The notes beneath the pieces were generated by a model. That model saw only the letters and a list, made by a program, of their open reading frames with translations. It had not been told where the DNA came from and did no database searches. Positions 18,527 to 27,740 of a stretch of 64,000 nucleotides of DNA are shown piece after piece. Position 1 is the stretch's first letter. The number at the start of each line of letters is the position of its first letter. This DNA comes from a virus: IMG/VR virus record IMGVR_UViG_3300029413_000164; one strand, 5' to 3'. A program made the position numbers and the translations under genes.

Positions 18527-19366
18527 ATGAGATCAGAACTTTTAGGGGTTGAAATCCCTACAACATTAACAGAGGACGGGTTAAATATTATAACCCACGA
18601 CACATTACGAAGGGTGGTGCGTGAGTATCCAAGGCTCAATATAACGTTGAAGCCTTTAACGCTCACACCGCAGATGTGCGTGTTTGAAGCGACAGCGCTC
18701 GACACTGACACTGGAAGAAAAGAAACCGAGATCGGCGAAAGTAATCCAGCGAGTCTCAAGACTGAGATTTCAAAGGAAAACCCTGCGGTCATGGCTTATT
18801 ACAGAGCTTACGACAGGGCATTGATTCAGCTTCTTAACCTGCCGGAGGGAAAGGTGTACTCCAACAATGAAATCGCGAAGTACAAGCCTGTCAAGCCAGC
18901 AGTTAAGGAAGATCAGAAACAGCATGAGCAGGCAAAACAGCCTAAACAGCAGCAGTCACAGCCGAAAGAGCAGAAGGATCAAACAGCAGGACCGAAGGTC
19001 TTAGCCGAAGCTTATGGCTGTAAAATCTGTGAAAACGGCGGCAAAGTCATAATTTATGATGTTGCCAAGAAGTCATGGCTTAAACATAAGGACGGAAGTG
19101 CTTTTGCCTTCGACAGCAAGGAGAAAGCCATGAACGCTCTTAAACAGAGGGAAGCAAAGAAAGGCAGCGGCGGTAAGCAGCAGGCTCAGGCGGCACTGCC
19201 TGATGACACCGTAATTGCCTTTGGCAAGTTCAAGGGTAAAAAGTTCGGCGATATTAAGGAGTCAAATGAGTTCAAAGAATTTGTTCAAAACCTTAAGGAT
19301 TCGCCTGTAAGCTACGGCGACGGTGTTCAGGCACAGGTAGATGCTATAAAGGCACTGGCTGTTTAA
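18527..19366 (+). CDS. Hypothetical protein, 279 aa, Q/K-rich middle (possible recombination/DNA-binding protein)
   Basis: RBS AGAAGGAGG. No assignable motif. Sits just upstream of an exonuclease gene. Confidence 0.55.
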   Translation: MRSELLGVEIPTTLTEDGLNIITHDTLRRVVREYPRLNITLKPLTLTPQMCVFEATALDTDTGRKETEIGESNPASLKTEISKENPAVMAYYRAYDRALIQLLNLPEGKVYSNNEIAKYKPVKPAVKEDQKQHEQAKQPKQQQSQPKEQKDQTAGPKVLAEAYGCKICENGGKVIIYDVAKKSWLKHKDGSAFAFDSKEKAMNALKQREAKKGSGGKQQAQAALPDDTVIAFGKFKGKKFGDIKESNEFKEFVQNLKDSPVSYGDGVQAQVDAIKALAV

Positions 19367-19424
19367 GACAAAAGAAGAAAAAGGAAGGAGAAACGGCAGG
19401 TGAAACACCCTGCCGTAAACAAAA

Positions 19425-20234
19425 ATGAAAAACGCATATGAAATCAAAGAGCTTCTTGATAACGGAGGCTCCATCTGTATCTACGATACGGAGACAACAG
19501 GGCTCAAAAAGCCCGAAAGCAGAATTCTATCGTTTTCTGCAATCATTGTAAGAAAAGTTGACGGACATCTACAGGAGGAAAAGAGGATGGATATTCTCAT
19601 GGATCCAGAGTGTGATATTCCGGACTTTATTACTGATATTAATCATATCAGCAATGAAGATGTTGTTGGATGTCCAACCGAGAAAGAGATGTGCCAGCAG
19701 ATTATTGATTTTCTTGAATCTGCTGATGTGATCACTGGCTACAACAGTCATAATTTTGATAACTGGTTTATCGACCAGATGTCAAGAAGAGTGAGAGGCC
19801 GTGGCTGGGAGCCACCAAAGGATGACTTTGATGTCTTTGTCTTTGTAAAGGATAAGATAAAGAAGAGTCCAAAAGTTCCTAACCAGAAGCTCGGCACGAT
19901 TGCTGAGCATCTTAAAGTAACAGAAGGACTTGAGTTTCACAACTCTATTGATGATGTCATTGCAACATCAAGAGTCTTGGAGAAGGTCCTTAATATGTAC
20001 AGCGATGAGGATGCAAAAAACCAGACCGCTGTTATTCCTATTTCCGCAACGGTATGGCAGAAAGGCAGTCTCAGCAGACTGTACATAAACAATAACAAGA
20101 ACCACTCTGTATATTTTGACATCATTGGCAGAGAGTGGTCATTCACGAGCCCAGAGGATGAGCAGATGATAGAAAAACTGCTTGGGGCTTACAACCTTGA
20201 GGTTTTGATCAAAAATGGCAGAACTATGTTTTAG
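19425..20234 (+). CDS. DnaQ-like 3'-5' exonuclease (DEDDh family)
   Basis: Exo I motif YDTETTG, Exo II motif GYNSHNFD, Exo III motif HNSIDDV. Confidence 0.7.
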   Translation: MKNAYEIKELLDNGGSICIYDTETTGLKKPESRILSFSAIIVRKVDGHLQEEKRMDILMDPECDIPDFITDINHISNEDVVGCPTEKEMCQQIIDFLESADVITGYNSHNFDNWFIDQMSRRVRGRGWEPPKDDFDVFVFVKDKIKKSPKVPNQKLGTIAEHLKVTEGLEFHNSIDDVIATSRVLEKVLNMYSDEDAKNQTAVIPISATVWQKGSLSRLYINNNKNHSVYFDIIGREWSFTSPEDEQMIEKLLGAYNLEVLIKNGRTMF

Positions 20235-20253
20235 AGGTTTATGCCACAAAAAT

Positions 20254-20290
20254 GCACTCCGGTTTGATTTGCCGGGGTGTTTTTATTTTG
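20254..20290 (+). terminator. Rho-independent terminator
   Basis: Hairpin CACTCCGG...CCGGGGTG followed by a T-run. Confidence 0.5.
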
Positions 20291-20389
20291 CGCTTTTTAT
20301 GTTTCATGCAGGACGACTTTTAGATGATTGAAAATCTGGTACTTTATTTTTATATTTTCGCACAGCAGGCATGTATTGAAAAAACGTTA

Positions 20390-20418
20390 GAAAAAAAAAT
20401 CATACTTGCAATGTAGAA
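20390..20418 (+). promoter_or_regulatory. Element-type promoter
   Basis: AAAAAAATCATACTTGCAATGTAG upstream of the 20446 start. Confidence 0.5.
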
Positions 20419-20445
20419 AACTAAATAAGGAGATTTACAAAGAAA

Positions 20446-20727
20446 GTGCTTAAGATTAAAGAAGACCGATTTTACGAAATTCTCGACAAATATGAAGAGA
20501 ATGGATGTGACATTCCGGAGGATAAGTACTATCCATCCATTGATGAGATAAGGGAGCATTTGGGCTGCAATGACAGGCAGGAGACAGAGGACATTGTTGA
20601 TTACCTCGTTTTCTTCAGCTTCAATCCATTTAAGGGAATTGCCGGATTCGACGATGACGAAAGCTATCTTGAGACACTGCGTTTTATTGATTACGTTTTG
20701 AAACACGACATTATGCTTGTCGCGTAA
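20446..20727 (+). CDS. Small, highly acidic protein, 93 aa
   Basis: GTG start. Very high Asp/Glu content. Confidence 0.45.
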   Translation: MLKIKEDRFYEILDKYEENGCDIPEDKYYPSIDEIREHLGCNDRQETEDIVDYLVFFSFNPFKGIAGFDDDESYLETLRFIDYVLKHDIMLVA

Positions 20728-20784
20728 AATGGAAAGAGGAACATGATGAACAGAAAATTGTTTTCAGACAATGAAAACGAAAAA

Positions 20785-20815
20785 TAAAAAAAATATCATA
20801 CTATGTGTGTAATAA
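20785..20815 (+). promoter_or_regulatory. Element-type promoter
   Basis: AAAAATATCATACTATGTGTGTAAT upstream of the ssb start. Confidence 0.5.
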
Positions 20816-20845
20816 AAACAACTTAGAAAAACGGAGGAAAACAAA

Positions 20846-21289
20846 ATGAACAAAGTAGTACTTATGGGAAGACTGACAAGAGACGCAGAGGTCCGCTATT
20901 CACAGGGAGATAACTCACTTGCAATAGCAAGATTTTCACTTGCAGTAGACCGCCGCTACAAAAAAGATGGTGAGGAGCAGACAGCAGACTTCATCAGCTG
21001 CGTAGCTTTCGGAAAGACAGGCGAGTTCTTTGAGAAATTCGGCAAAAAAGGAACCAAATTTGTCATTGAGGGCCGAATCCAGACCGGCAGCTATACAAAC
21101 AAGGATGGACAGAAGGTATACACTACTGACGTCGTAGTGGAGAGCGCAGAGTTTGCAGAGTCTAAGTCAGCCGCATCAGGAAATGCAGGCGGATTTGCAC
21201 CGGCAGACAGACCTGCACCTAGCCAGGCTGCTGGGGATGGCTTCATGAACATTCCGGACGGACTCGACGAGGAGCTTCCATTCAATTAA
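20846..21289 (+). CDS. ssb: Single-stranded DNA-binding protein
   Basis: OB-fold SSB sequence (MNKVVLMGRLTRDAEVRYS...) with a Gly-rich linker and an acidic C-terminal tail DEELPF. Confidence 0.8.
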   Translation: MNKVVLMGRLTRDAEVRYSQGDNSLAIARFSLAVDRRYKKDGEEQTADFISCVAFGKTGEFFEKFGKKGTKFVIEGRIQTGSYTNKDGQKVYTTDVVVESAEFAESKSAASGNAGGFAPADRPAPSQAAGDGFMNIPDGLDEELPFN

Positions 21290-21340
21290 AATATAGCAGT
21301 TTCAACTGCTATATAAAAACTTAAAACTTAATATTGTTCA

Positions 21341-21378
21341 TAAAAAGACCGCAGAAATTTAATTTTCTGCGGTTTTTC
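21341..21378. terminator. Bidirectional terminator between convergent genes
   Basis: AAAAAGACCGCAGAAA...TTTCTGCGGTTTTTC. A second hairpin lies at 21291-21315. Confidence 0.55.
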
Positions 21379-21419
21379 TTTGCAAAAACACAATACAGCC
21401 TGCTGAAAATCCGAAATGA

Positions 21420-22439
21420 TTAATTCCAGATAGGAATAGAATAACCGATGGGAATACCAAGAGTGGCTATGAGTTTCTCGTCAGGATAAAAACAATCAAC
21501 ATTCTCGCACACATCAGGGCATTTAGCCCATTCTCCACTTGCCGCAACAAGAATGGTCAGGGATGAGAGGATTCCATAACCAAAGTTTGAGGTGCTCCCC
21601 AGTTTCGCATAATCTGACTCTTTAGCTTTGTTGGCCGGAATGGCTTTACGAAACGATGTCCGCCCACATTTCTCCCTTGCGTTGAAGATCATATCACCGA
21701 CGCGGGTGTTCGCGCGGTATGAACTTGTAAGGTAGTCATAGTCTCGGCAGACGAATTCAGCTTTTTTTCCTGTCTTGTCATATTCGTGGATATAATAGCA
21801 GCCGCAGAGGCTCTTTAAGCGTCTTACAATTTCGCCGCCCTCTGTGCCATTTGCTTTGATGCTTCCCTCAACAAGAAAATCTTCCCAGAATTTATCTTTT
21901 CTTACAAAAGTGTCGAAAAACTTCTTGTTTGCTTCCAGATATACAGACTCCGGGATAACCTCGCCAGGTTTCAGATATCCTGTAATATCTATGAAGTTTC
22001 CTGCAAATACAAGTACTGTACGCAGGCTTTCCTCGTCATATTTGTCAATGTCATCAGAAAAGACCATCTTGTATATGGCTTTTCTTGTCTGCCTGTGCAT
22101 ATAGGCAAACAGCAGGCCAAGATAAATATCCTCCCTGTAGACTCGGCGGCGCTGTACTTCAATGAGCTTTGCCACAAATTTGTAATCTTTATCATTGAGG
22201 TCTCTTGCCAGTGTTGCCTGAAATACATTGAGAAGGCCTATCATGTATGAATCGCGCTCGTCCATGAGGGCAATCAGCTTATACATCCTGTGTTCCTTAA
22301 CCTCCCATGTTTTCTTTATGTAATTCTTATAATCTTCAGGATACTCCCTGAGCCATTTGTCCGTTGTTACATTATAAAACTTTTTTCCATTGTAATCGGT
22401 TAGTTCTATGCTGAAAAATCCCATTTTCCGTTCCTCCAT
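21420..22439 (-). CDS. Hypothetical protein, 339 aa
   Basis: Minus-strand ORF. RBS GGAGGAACGG, read from the minus strand. Own promoter motif upstream. Confidence 0.55.
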   Translation of the reverse strand: MEERKMGFFSIELTDYNGKKFYNVTTDKWLREYPEDYKNYIKKTWEVKEHRMYKLIALMDERDSYMIGLLNVFQATLARDLNDKDYKFVAKLIEVQRRRVYREDIYLGLLFAYMHRQTRKAIYKMVFSDDIDKYDEESLRTVLVFAGNFIDITGYLKPGEVIPESVYLEANKKFFDTFVRKDKFWEDFLVEGSIKANGTEGGEIVRRLKSLCGCYYIHEYDKTGKKAEFVCRDYDYLTSSYRANTRVGDMIFNAREKCGRTSFRKAIPANKAKESDYAKLGSTSNFGYGILSSLTILVAASGEWAKCPDVCENVDCFYPDEKLIATLGIPIGYSIPIWN

Positions 22440-22527
22440 ATCTGATACAAAAGCTACTACATAGTGTAGTGCTTAATTATGTTCCTTCTATATAAATTCT
22501 TAACAAATGTCAAATTATCTACATTTC

Positions 22528-22590
22528 CATATATAGTATGTTTGACTCAGAACTCATCATTGTCTTTCTATATAAAATACCACCACTTAA
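22528..22590 (-). promoter_or_regulatory. Element-type bipartite promoter (minus strand)
   Basis: On the minus strand TTATATAGAAAGAC is followed about 18 nt later by AAACATACTATATATGG. Confidence 0.5.
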
Positions 22591-22627
22591 AGGAAAAAGC
22601 AAAGAAAACAGACAATATGTCCGGCTT

Positions 22628-22660
22628 TAAAAATTCTAACATACTTCTTATATATAAAGA
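22628..22660 (+). promoter_or_regulatory. Element-type promoter (variant)
   Basis: TCTAACATACTTCTTATATATAAAG upstream of the 22679 start. Confidence 0.4.
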
Positions 22661-22678
22661 GAAACGGAGGAAGCAATA

Positions 22679-23374
22679 ATGAGCGCACAGGTAAATTACA
22701 ACACAGAAGCAATTTATGAAAACGTAGATACACTCGCTCTTTGTGAGATACTGGGCATCCCGGTGAAAAAGAAGGGCGCAACGTATTTTTCAGAATGTCC
22801 AAACCCGGAGCATCATGAGGAGAAGATATTTTCCCACAATAAGATATATCCGGGAAACGGGGGATGCCATTGTTTTGCATGTGGCAAGACATACAGACCG
22901 TATGGAATGGCAAAGGACTGGCTTGAAAAGCAAGGACAAATAGTATCTGGTTCTGAAATTTATGGCATTCTTGGCGATGCAGCAGGCGGAAGGGAACAGT
23001 ATATTATCAAGGGACGTTTTAAGCCAGAAGAGAAATTTCCTCTCAGCAAAAAGCTGATGGATATACTGGACTTTAAAACCAATACAGGGTTTAACGAAAT
23101 AAAATCCTGCGAGACGGATAAAGACGGCATGATCCTGTCATCAAAAGAACAGTATGCAGCGGGACTTTCTGTAAAGCAGCTCTGGCTGTCCGACAAAACA
23201 GCTTTCTGGTACATCGTTGGGACCAGATGCAGACAGATGCTTGAAAAATACAGAAAATTTGCCAATGTGTTCTCAAAGTCGAGAACCGCATCCGGACAGG
23301 CAATCGCCGGAGTGTACAAGAGCAATGCACTGGAGATAAAAGAGTTCATGCTTGCAGTGCAGAACAAAATTTAA
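22679..23374 (+). CDS. DnaG-type primase zinc-finger (CHC2) protein
   Basis: The CPNPEHHEEKIFSHNKIYPGNGGCHCFACGKT sequence matches the CHC2 zinc-binding pattern. No clear TOPRIM domain is visible in the 231-aa ORF. Confidence 0.5.
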   Translation: MSAQVNYNTEAIYENVDTLALCEILGIPVKKKGATYFSECPNPEHHEEKIFSHNKIYPGNGGCHCFACGKTYRPYGMAKDWLEKQGQIVSGSEIYGILGDAAGGREQYIIKGRFKPEEKFPLSKKLMDILDFKTNTGFNEIKSCETDKDGMILSSKEQYAAGLSVKQLWLSDKTAFWYIVGTRCRQMLEKYRKFANVFSKSRTASGQAIAGVYKSNALEIKEFMLAVQNKI

Positions 23375-23389
23375 TACCAAAAAAAGTCT

Positions 23390-23445
23390 TCCTTATATGG
23401 AAGGCTTTTCTTTTTTGAAAGAAAAAACATACTCTTCGTAAAAGA
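23390..23445 (+). promoter_or_regulatory. Element-type bipartite promoter
   Basis: TTATATGGAAGGC, about 21 nt, then AAAAAACATACTCTTCGTAAAAG. Confidence 0.5.
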
Positions 23446-23471
23446 GAAAAGAAGAAAGGAGAAAACAACAT

Positions 23472-26400
23472 ATGATACACACACACGTTCACACGCAATC
23501 GCTGTTTGATTCAGATATGAATCACAAACTGCTTGTGAAAAAAATCAAAGAAAACGGCTGGAAAGGAATAGTTGTTACAAATCATGGAGTTGTAAGTGAC
23601 ATTTATGATTTACAGCCACTGTTTGCAGAGAATGGCCTCAAGCTTGGCTGTGGATGCGAATTTTATGTAGATGGAGGAATTTTAGGAAGACTCCATCTTA
23701 TAGGAATTGCAAAAAACAATCTTGGCTGGAAGGGACTTTCAAAGCTTGTAACAATGTCAAACACAAATGTAAAAGGAGGCTTTCCTCTTGTAACATTTGA
23801 CATGCTAGAAGAACTGTTTGGAGCAGACGGACAGTATAAAGACAGCATGTATGTAACATCTGCCTGCATGCAGGGTGTTATTCCTGCCATATTCAGACAG
23901 AATGAAACAATTGAAAAAACGGTTGAAAAACTGGTCAGAAAACAGAAAAAATTAAAGAATCCTTCAGACCGCGGATATGCTGATGCGCAGGTTAAGGTTT
24001 CGGAAATCAAAAAGCGCATAGAGCTGCTTACTGAAGAAAAGAAGAGTGCTGAAAAAATTGCAAAACAGAGTTTTGTAAAGCGTTCAAAGCAGATTGCAAA
24101 GTTGACAGGAGACATGAAAAAAGAGGCAGAGATGCTTCTTGATGAAGACAGAAGGGCAGCCGCAGAAGCAGCAGTGAAACTTGAAAAGCTGAATCCGGAA
24201 ATAAAATCCATAAAAGCAAAGCTTACGACCAAAAACAAGGCGCTCAAAAAGATTGAGGAAGAAATTGGCAGATGGCTTGAAATTGAGGATGAGGTGGCAG
24301 GTCTTAAAAAGGAACTTAAAACACCGGATGAACTCTGGGATGTAGCGGTTTCGGAAGCAGAGAAGTACAAAAATCTCTTTGGTGATATGTTCTACATAGA
24401 GATTCAGTATCACGGTATTCCTGAAGAAGTAAACTGTTACCAGAAGTCGGTTGACATTGCAAGAAAGCTTAACATCCCGCTTATCGCCTCTAACGATGCG
24501 CATATTGTTGAAAAGACTGACGATGAGAGACTGAGAAGACAGATAATGCGCTCAATACGATTTGATGAGTGGCAGGAAGAAGGAACCGGGGACAGTGAGT
24601 TATATCTTAAAACAGAAGATGAGCTTCGCGACATGCTTTCTGAGATTTATCCACAGGATGTAATTGATGAGGCAGTGGCAAATACTGACAAGCTTTTTGA
24701 TTCGCTTGATGTAACTTTTGTCAAGGAAAACCACTATCCGAAGTTTAAGGATAACACAGGCCGCACAGTCGATGAAATTTTTGACGACTTAATCAAAACC
24801 GGAATTACATGGAGATTCAACGGACATCTTGAGAGAGAGTACCAGAAAAGACTGGAATATGAAATCGGCATCATCAGAAAGATGGATGTTGTAGATTACC
24901 TTGTCGTAGTAAGAGACTTTCTTGAGTATGCCAGACTCCTTGGATATGTACCTGATAAGGAACTGCCTGATGCACCGCTTACAATAGACTCGTTAAAGCA
25001 GTTTATTAAAGACCGCGGCTATAAGAATCCGGGAATGTCAGTCGGCCCTGGAAGAGGTTCAGGAGTTGGCAGCCTTGTGTGCTACCTGCTTGGAATCACG
25101 AACCTTGATCCGCTTAAGTACGACCTCTTATTCGAGAGATTCCTTAATCCGTCGCGAGTTTCAATGCCTGACATTGATTCAGACCTTGCAAAGGGAGTCC
25201 GTGAAAAAACAATTGAGTACGTCCGCCATAAATATGGTGAGAAAGCAGTATGTCTTATCATGACAAAGGCTGTAAAGGCCCCAAAAGGTGCGGTAAAGGA
25301 TGCTTCGAGATTTTACGGACAGAAGATGTATGGCGAAAAGCTCACAGCACTTGGAGATAAATTGTCAAAGGATATTCCTTCAAGAGTCAATCTGTCATTT
25401 GATTCACCATATGATGAGAATGATGAAGGTAAGGAAAATTACCAAAGTGTATATGAAGTCCTTAGAGAAAAGTATGCAGACAACAAGGATGCGCTTGAGG
25501 TCTTAAGATGGGCAAAATGCATTGAAGGCATGTTTTACGCATATGGAGAGCATGCTGCCGGTGTTGTTATTTCTGATAATAATGATGTGTCAGATTATGT
25601 ACCGCTTAAGTACAACTCTTCGTCAAAACAGATGGACTGCCAGCTTAACATGGTTCAGGTTGAGGAGAACGGACTTCTTAAAATGGACTTTCTGGGACTT
25701 AAAACATTAAATATCGTTACAGATGCAATGAGACTGATAGAGAAGAATTGCGGAAAAATTATTGACCCGTTAAAGATAAACCTCGAAGATGAACACATCT
25801 ATAAGGAAATCTTTTCAAAGGGTCTTACAAATGCCGTGTTCCAGTTTGAGTCTGATGGCATGAAACAGATGCTTAAAAGATTCAAGCCGACATGTTTTGA
25901 GGATATTATCATTCTCGTCAGCATGTTCAGGCCGGGACCACTTCAGTACATTGACGGCGTAATAGATGTCAAGAACAAGGTCAGACCAATGACTTTTCTG
26001 TGTGAAGAGCTTAAGCCAATCTTGAGCAAAACATACGGTGCCATTGTATATCAGGAGCAGGTTATGCAGCTCGTACAGAGCCTTGCGGGATTTTCGCTTG
26101 GTGATGCCGATAATGTAAGACGTTTCATGTCAAAGAAAAAAGCTGAAAAGCTCGCTCATGAGAGGGACGCATTTATTTATGGTGACGAGGGCAGAAACAT
26201 CAAGGGATACATAAAAGTACACCTTGAAAACGTGAATGCTGAAAATATGTCACAGGCAGAAGCTGAGGCAGAGAAGAAGAAGGCTGAAAATGTTGCGAAC
26301 GAAATCTTCGACCAGATGACGGATTTTGCAAAATATGCATTCAACAAATCACATGCCGCTGCATATGCGTTTAATGCGTATATTACTGCATGGCTTAAAT

Positions 26401-27602
26401 ATTATTATCCTGCTGAATTCTTCGCAGCAGCGCTTAACTGGGCTGCAAACAGCGAAAAAATGGCAGCTCTGGTAAGAGAAGCAAGAGTATGTGGCGTTAA
26501 AATTATGTGTCCGGATGTAAACAGGTCGGCAGAAAAATTCACAGTAGAAGGAAATGCTGTGCTTTTCGGATTAAGCGCCATAAAGGGCATTAAGTCAAGT
26601 GCTGAAAAAATTGTTGAAATCAGAAAAGCGCAGGGAGTATATACGTCTGTAAAGGATTTTATAATAAGAAGCGGAATTTCCGTTGCGAATGTGGAGTCCC
26701 TCATACAGGCTGGTGCGCTTGATGAGTTTAATGAAAACCGCGCAGGAATGACATGCAACATCGGTGACGTGAAGGACGCAGCTAAAAAACTTGCTGACAA
26801 GGAAAAACTCTTCAATAGCATAAACCTTGTTATAGACAATTACGACAGAATAGAAACAGAAGATGAGCTTGAAAAAATACAGGGAAACTGTATTGCAGTA
26901 AAAAAGCTGGTAAAAAAGGATACGCTGATAAAGAGGCGCGACAATTATCAGACAACAATAGATCTGTTAAAAGGCTACATTGAAGAAATCCATGTGCCGG
27001 ACATCATAGAGGACAGGCTTGAAAGAATGCAGAAAGAAAAGGAATATCTCGGGGTGTATGTTACAGAGCATCCGATTTCCCTGTATCCAAAGCAGAAAAC
27101 AACGCCTATCATCAATATTGATGAGTCTCAGAGAAGGATATTTGGAGTTGTCGATGACCTTGAAATCAAATACAGAAAAGCAGACAACAAGCCAATGGCT
27201 TTCTTTAGGCTGACCGATGAAACAGGCTCTGTCAAGTGTTCATGCTTTACAAAGTCTTATTCAAGGCTTTCTGACATGTTAAAAGAAGGCTACGGATTAA
27301 TCCTGACCGGAAAAGTAACAAAAGATGTTCTTGATGTGGATGAAAACGGCAACGAGATAACAGAATTTAATTTTGTCATCGAAGATGCTCAGAGGGTTGC
27401 AAAAGAGGAAAGATCCATTTATATGGAAGTATCTTCATACCCGACATTTCATATCATGGAAGAGGAGGGATTCAGAAAGCAGTATGAGGTACAGGAAGGA
27501 GGCCACCCATTCTATATCTTTGACACCGCACAGGGAGTATTAAGAAAAGCTCTTTACAAAGTCTCAGACGATGTAATGGGGCTTCCGGGAACAAGAATCT
27601 AA
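23472..27602 (+). CDS. dnaE: DNA polymerase III alpha subunit (DnaE-type) with insertions
   Basis: N-terminal PHP domain (HTHVHTQ), polymerase core motifs (FNKSHAAAYA, GxxxxDxD region) and a C-terminal OB-like region. A coiled-coil insertion of about 170 aa sits in the PHP region. Confidence 0.75.
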   Translation: MIHTHVHTQSLFDSDMNHKLLVKKIKENGWKGIVVTNHGVVSDIYDLQPLFAENGLKLGCGCEFYVDGGILGRLHLIGIAKNNLGWKGLSKLVTMSNTNVKGGFPLVTFDMLEELFGADGQYKDSMYVTSACMQGVIPAIFRQNETIEKTVEKLVRKQKKLKNPSDRGYADAQVKVSEIKKRIELLTEEKKSAEKIAKQSFVKRSKQIAKLTGDMKKEAEMLLDEDRRAAAEAAVKLEKLNPEIKSIKAKLTTKNKALKKIEEEIGRWLEIEDEVAGLKKELKTPDELWDVAVSEAEKYKNLFGDMFYIEIQYHGIPEEVNCYQKSVDIARKLNIPLIASNDAHIVEKTDDERLRRQIMRSIRFDEWQEEGTGDSELYLKTEDELRDMLSEIYPQDVIDEAVANTDKLFDSLDVTFVKENHYPKFKDNTGRTVDEIFDDLIKTGITWRFNGHLEREYQKRLEYEIGIIRKMDVVDYLVVVRDFLEYARLLGYVPDKELPDAPLTIDSLKQFIKDRGYKNPGMSVGPGRGSGVGSLVCYLLGITNLDPLKYDLLFERFLNPSRVSMPDIDSDLAKGVREKTIEYVRHKYGEKAVCLIMTKAVKAPKGAVKDASRFYGQKMYGEKLTALGDKLSKDIPSRVNLSFDSPYDENDEGKENYQSVYEVLREKYADNKDALEVLRWAKCIEGMFYAYGEHAAGVVISDNNDVSDYVPLKYNSSSKQMDCQLNMVQVEENGLLKMDFLGLKTLNIVTDAMRLIEKNCGKIIDPLKINLEDEHIYKEIFSKGLTNAVFQFESDGMKQMLKRFKPTCFEDIIILVSMFRPGPLQYIDGVIDVKNKVRPMTFLCEELKPILSKTYGAIVYQEQVMQLVQSLAGFSLGDADNVRRFMSKKKAEKLAHERDAFIYGDEGRNIKGYIKVHLENVNAENMSQAEAEAEKKKAENVANEIFDQMTDFAKYAFNKSHAAAYAFNAYITAWLKYYYPAEFFAAALNWAANSEKMAALVREARVCGVKIMCPDVNRSAEKFTVEGNAVLFGLSAIKGIKSSAEKIVEIRKAQGVYTSVKDFIIRSGISVANVESLIQAGALDEFNENRAGMTCNIGDVKDAAKKLADKEKLFNSINLVIDNYDRIETEDELEKIQGNCIAVKKLVKKDTLIKRRDNYQTTIDLLKGYIEEIHVPDIIEDRLERMQKEKEYLGVYVTEHPISLYPKQKTTPIINIDESQRRIFGVVDDLEIKYRKADNKPMAFFRLTDETGSVKCSCFTKSYSRLSDMLKEGYGLILTGKVTKDVLDVDENGNEITEFNFVIEDAQRVAKEERSIYMEVSSYPTFHIMEEEGFRKQYEVQEGGHPFYIFDTAQGVLRKALYKVSDDVMGLPGTRI

Positions 27603-27627
27603 CAGTAAATAATTTGTATCATTGAAA

Positions 27628-27658
27628 AAGACAGTTCGACAAGGGCTGTCTTTTTTTG
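27628..27658 (+). terminator. Rho-independent terminator
   Basis: GACAG...CTGTC hairpin followed by a T7 run. Confidence 0.6.
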
Positions 27659-27661
27659 TAC

Positions 27662-27690
27662 AAAGAAAAAATCATACTATCCGTGGAATC
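27662..27690 (+). promoter_or_regulatory. Element-type promoter
   Basis: AAAAAATCATACTATCCGTGG upstream of the 27741 start. Confidence 0.45.
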
Positions 27691-27740
27691 AAAGTAAAAT
27701 CCGGAATTCTCCGGAAATTTTAACAGGAGGGCTAATTAAA

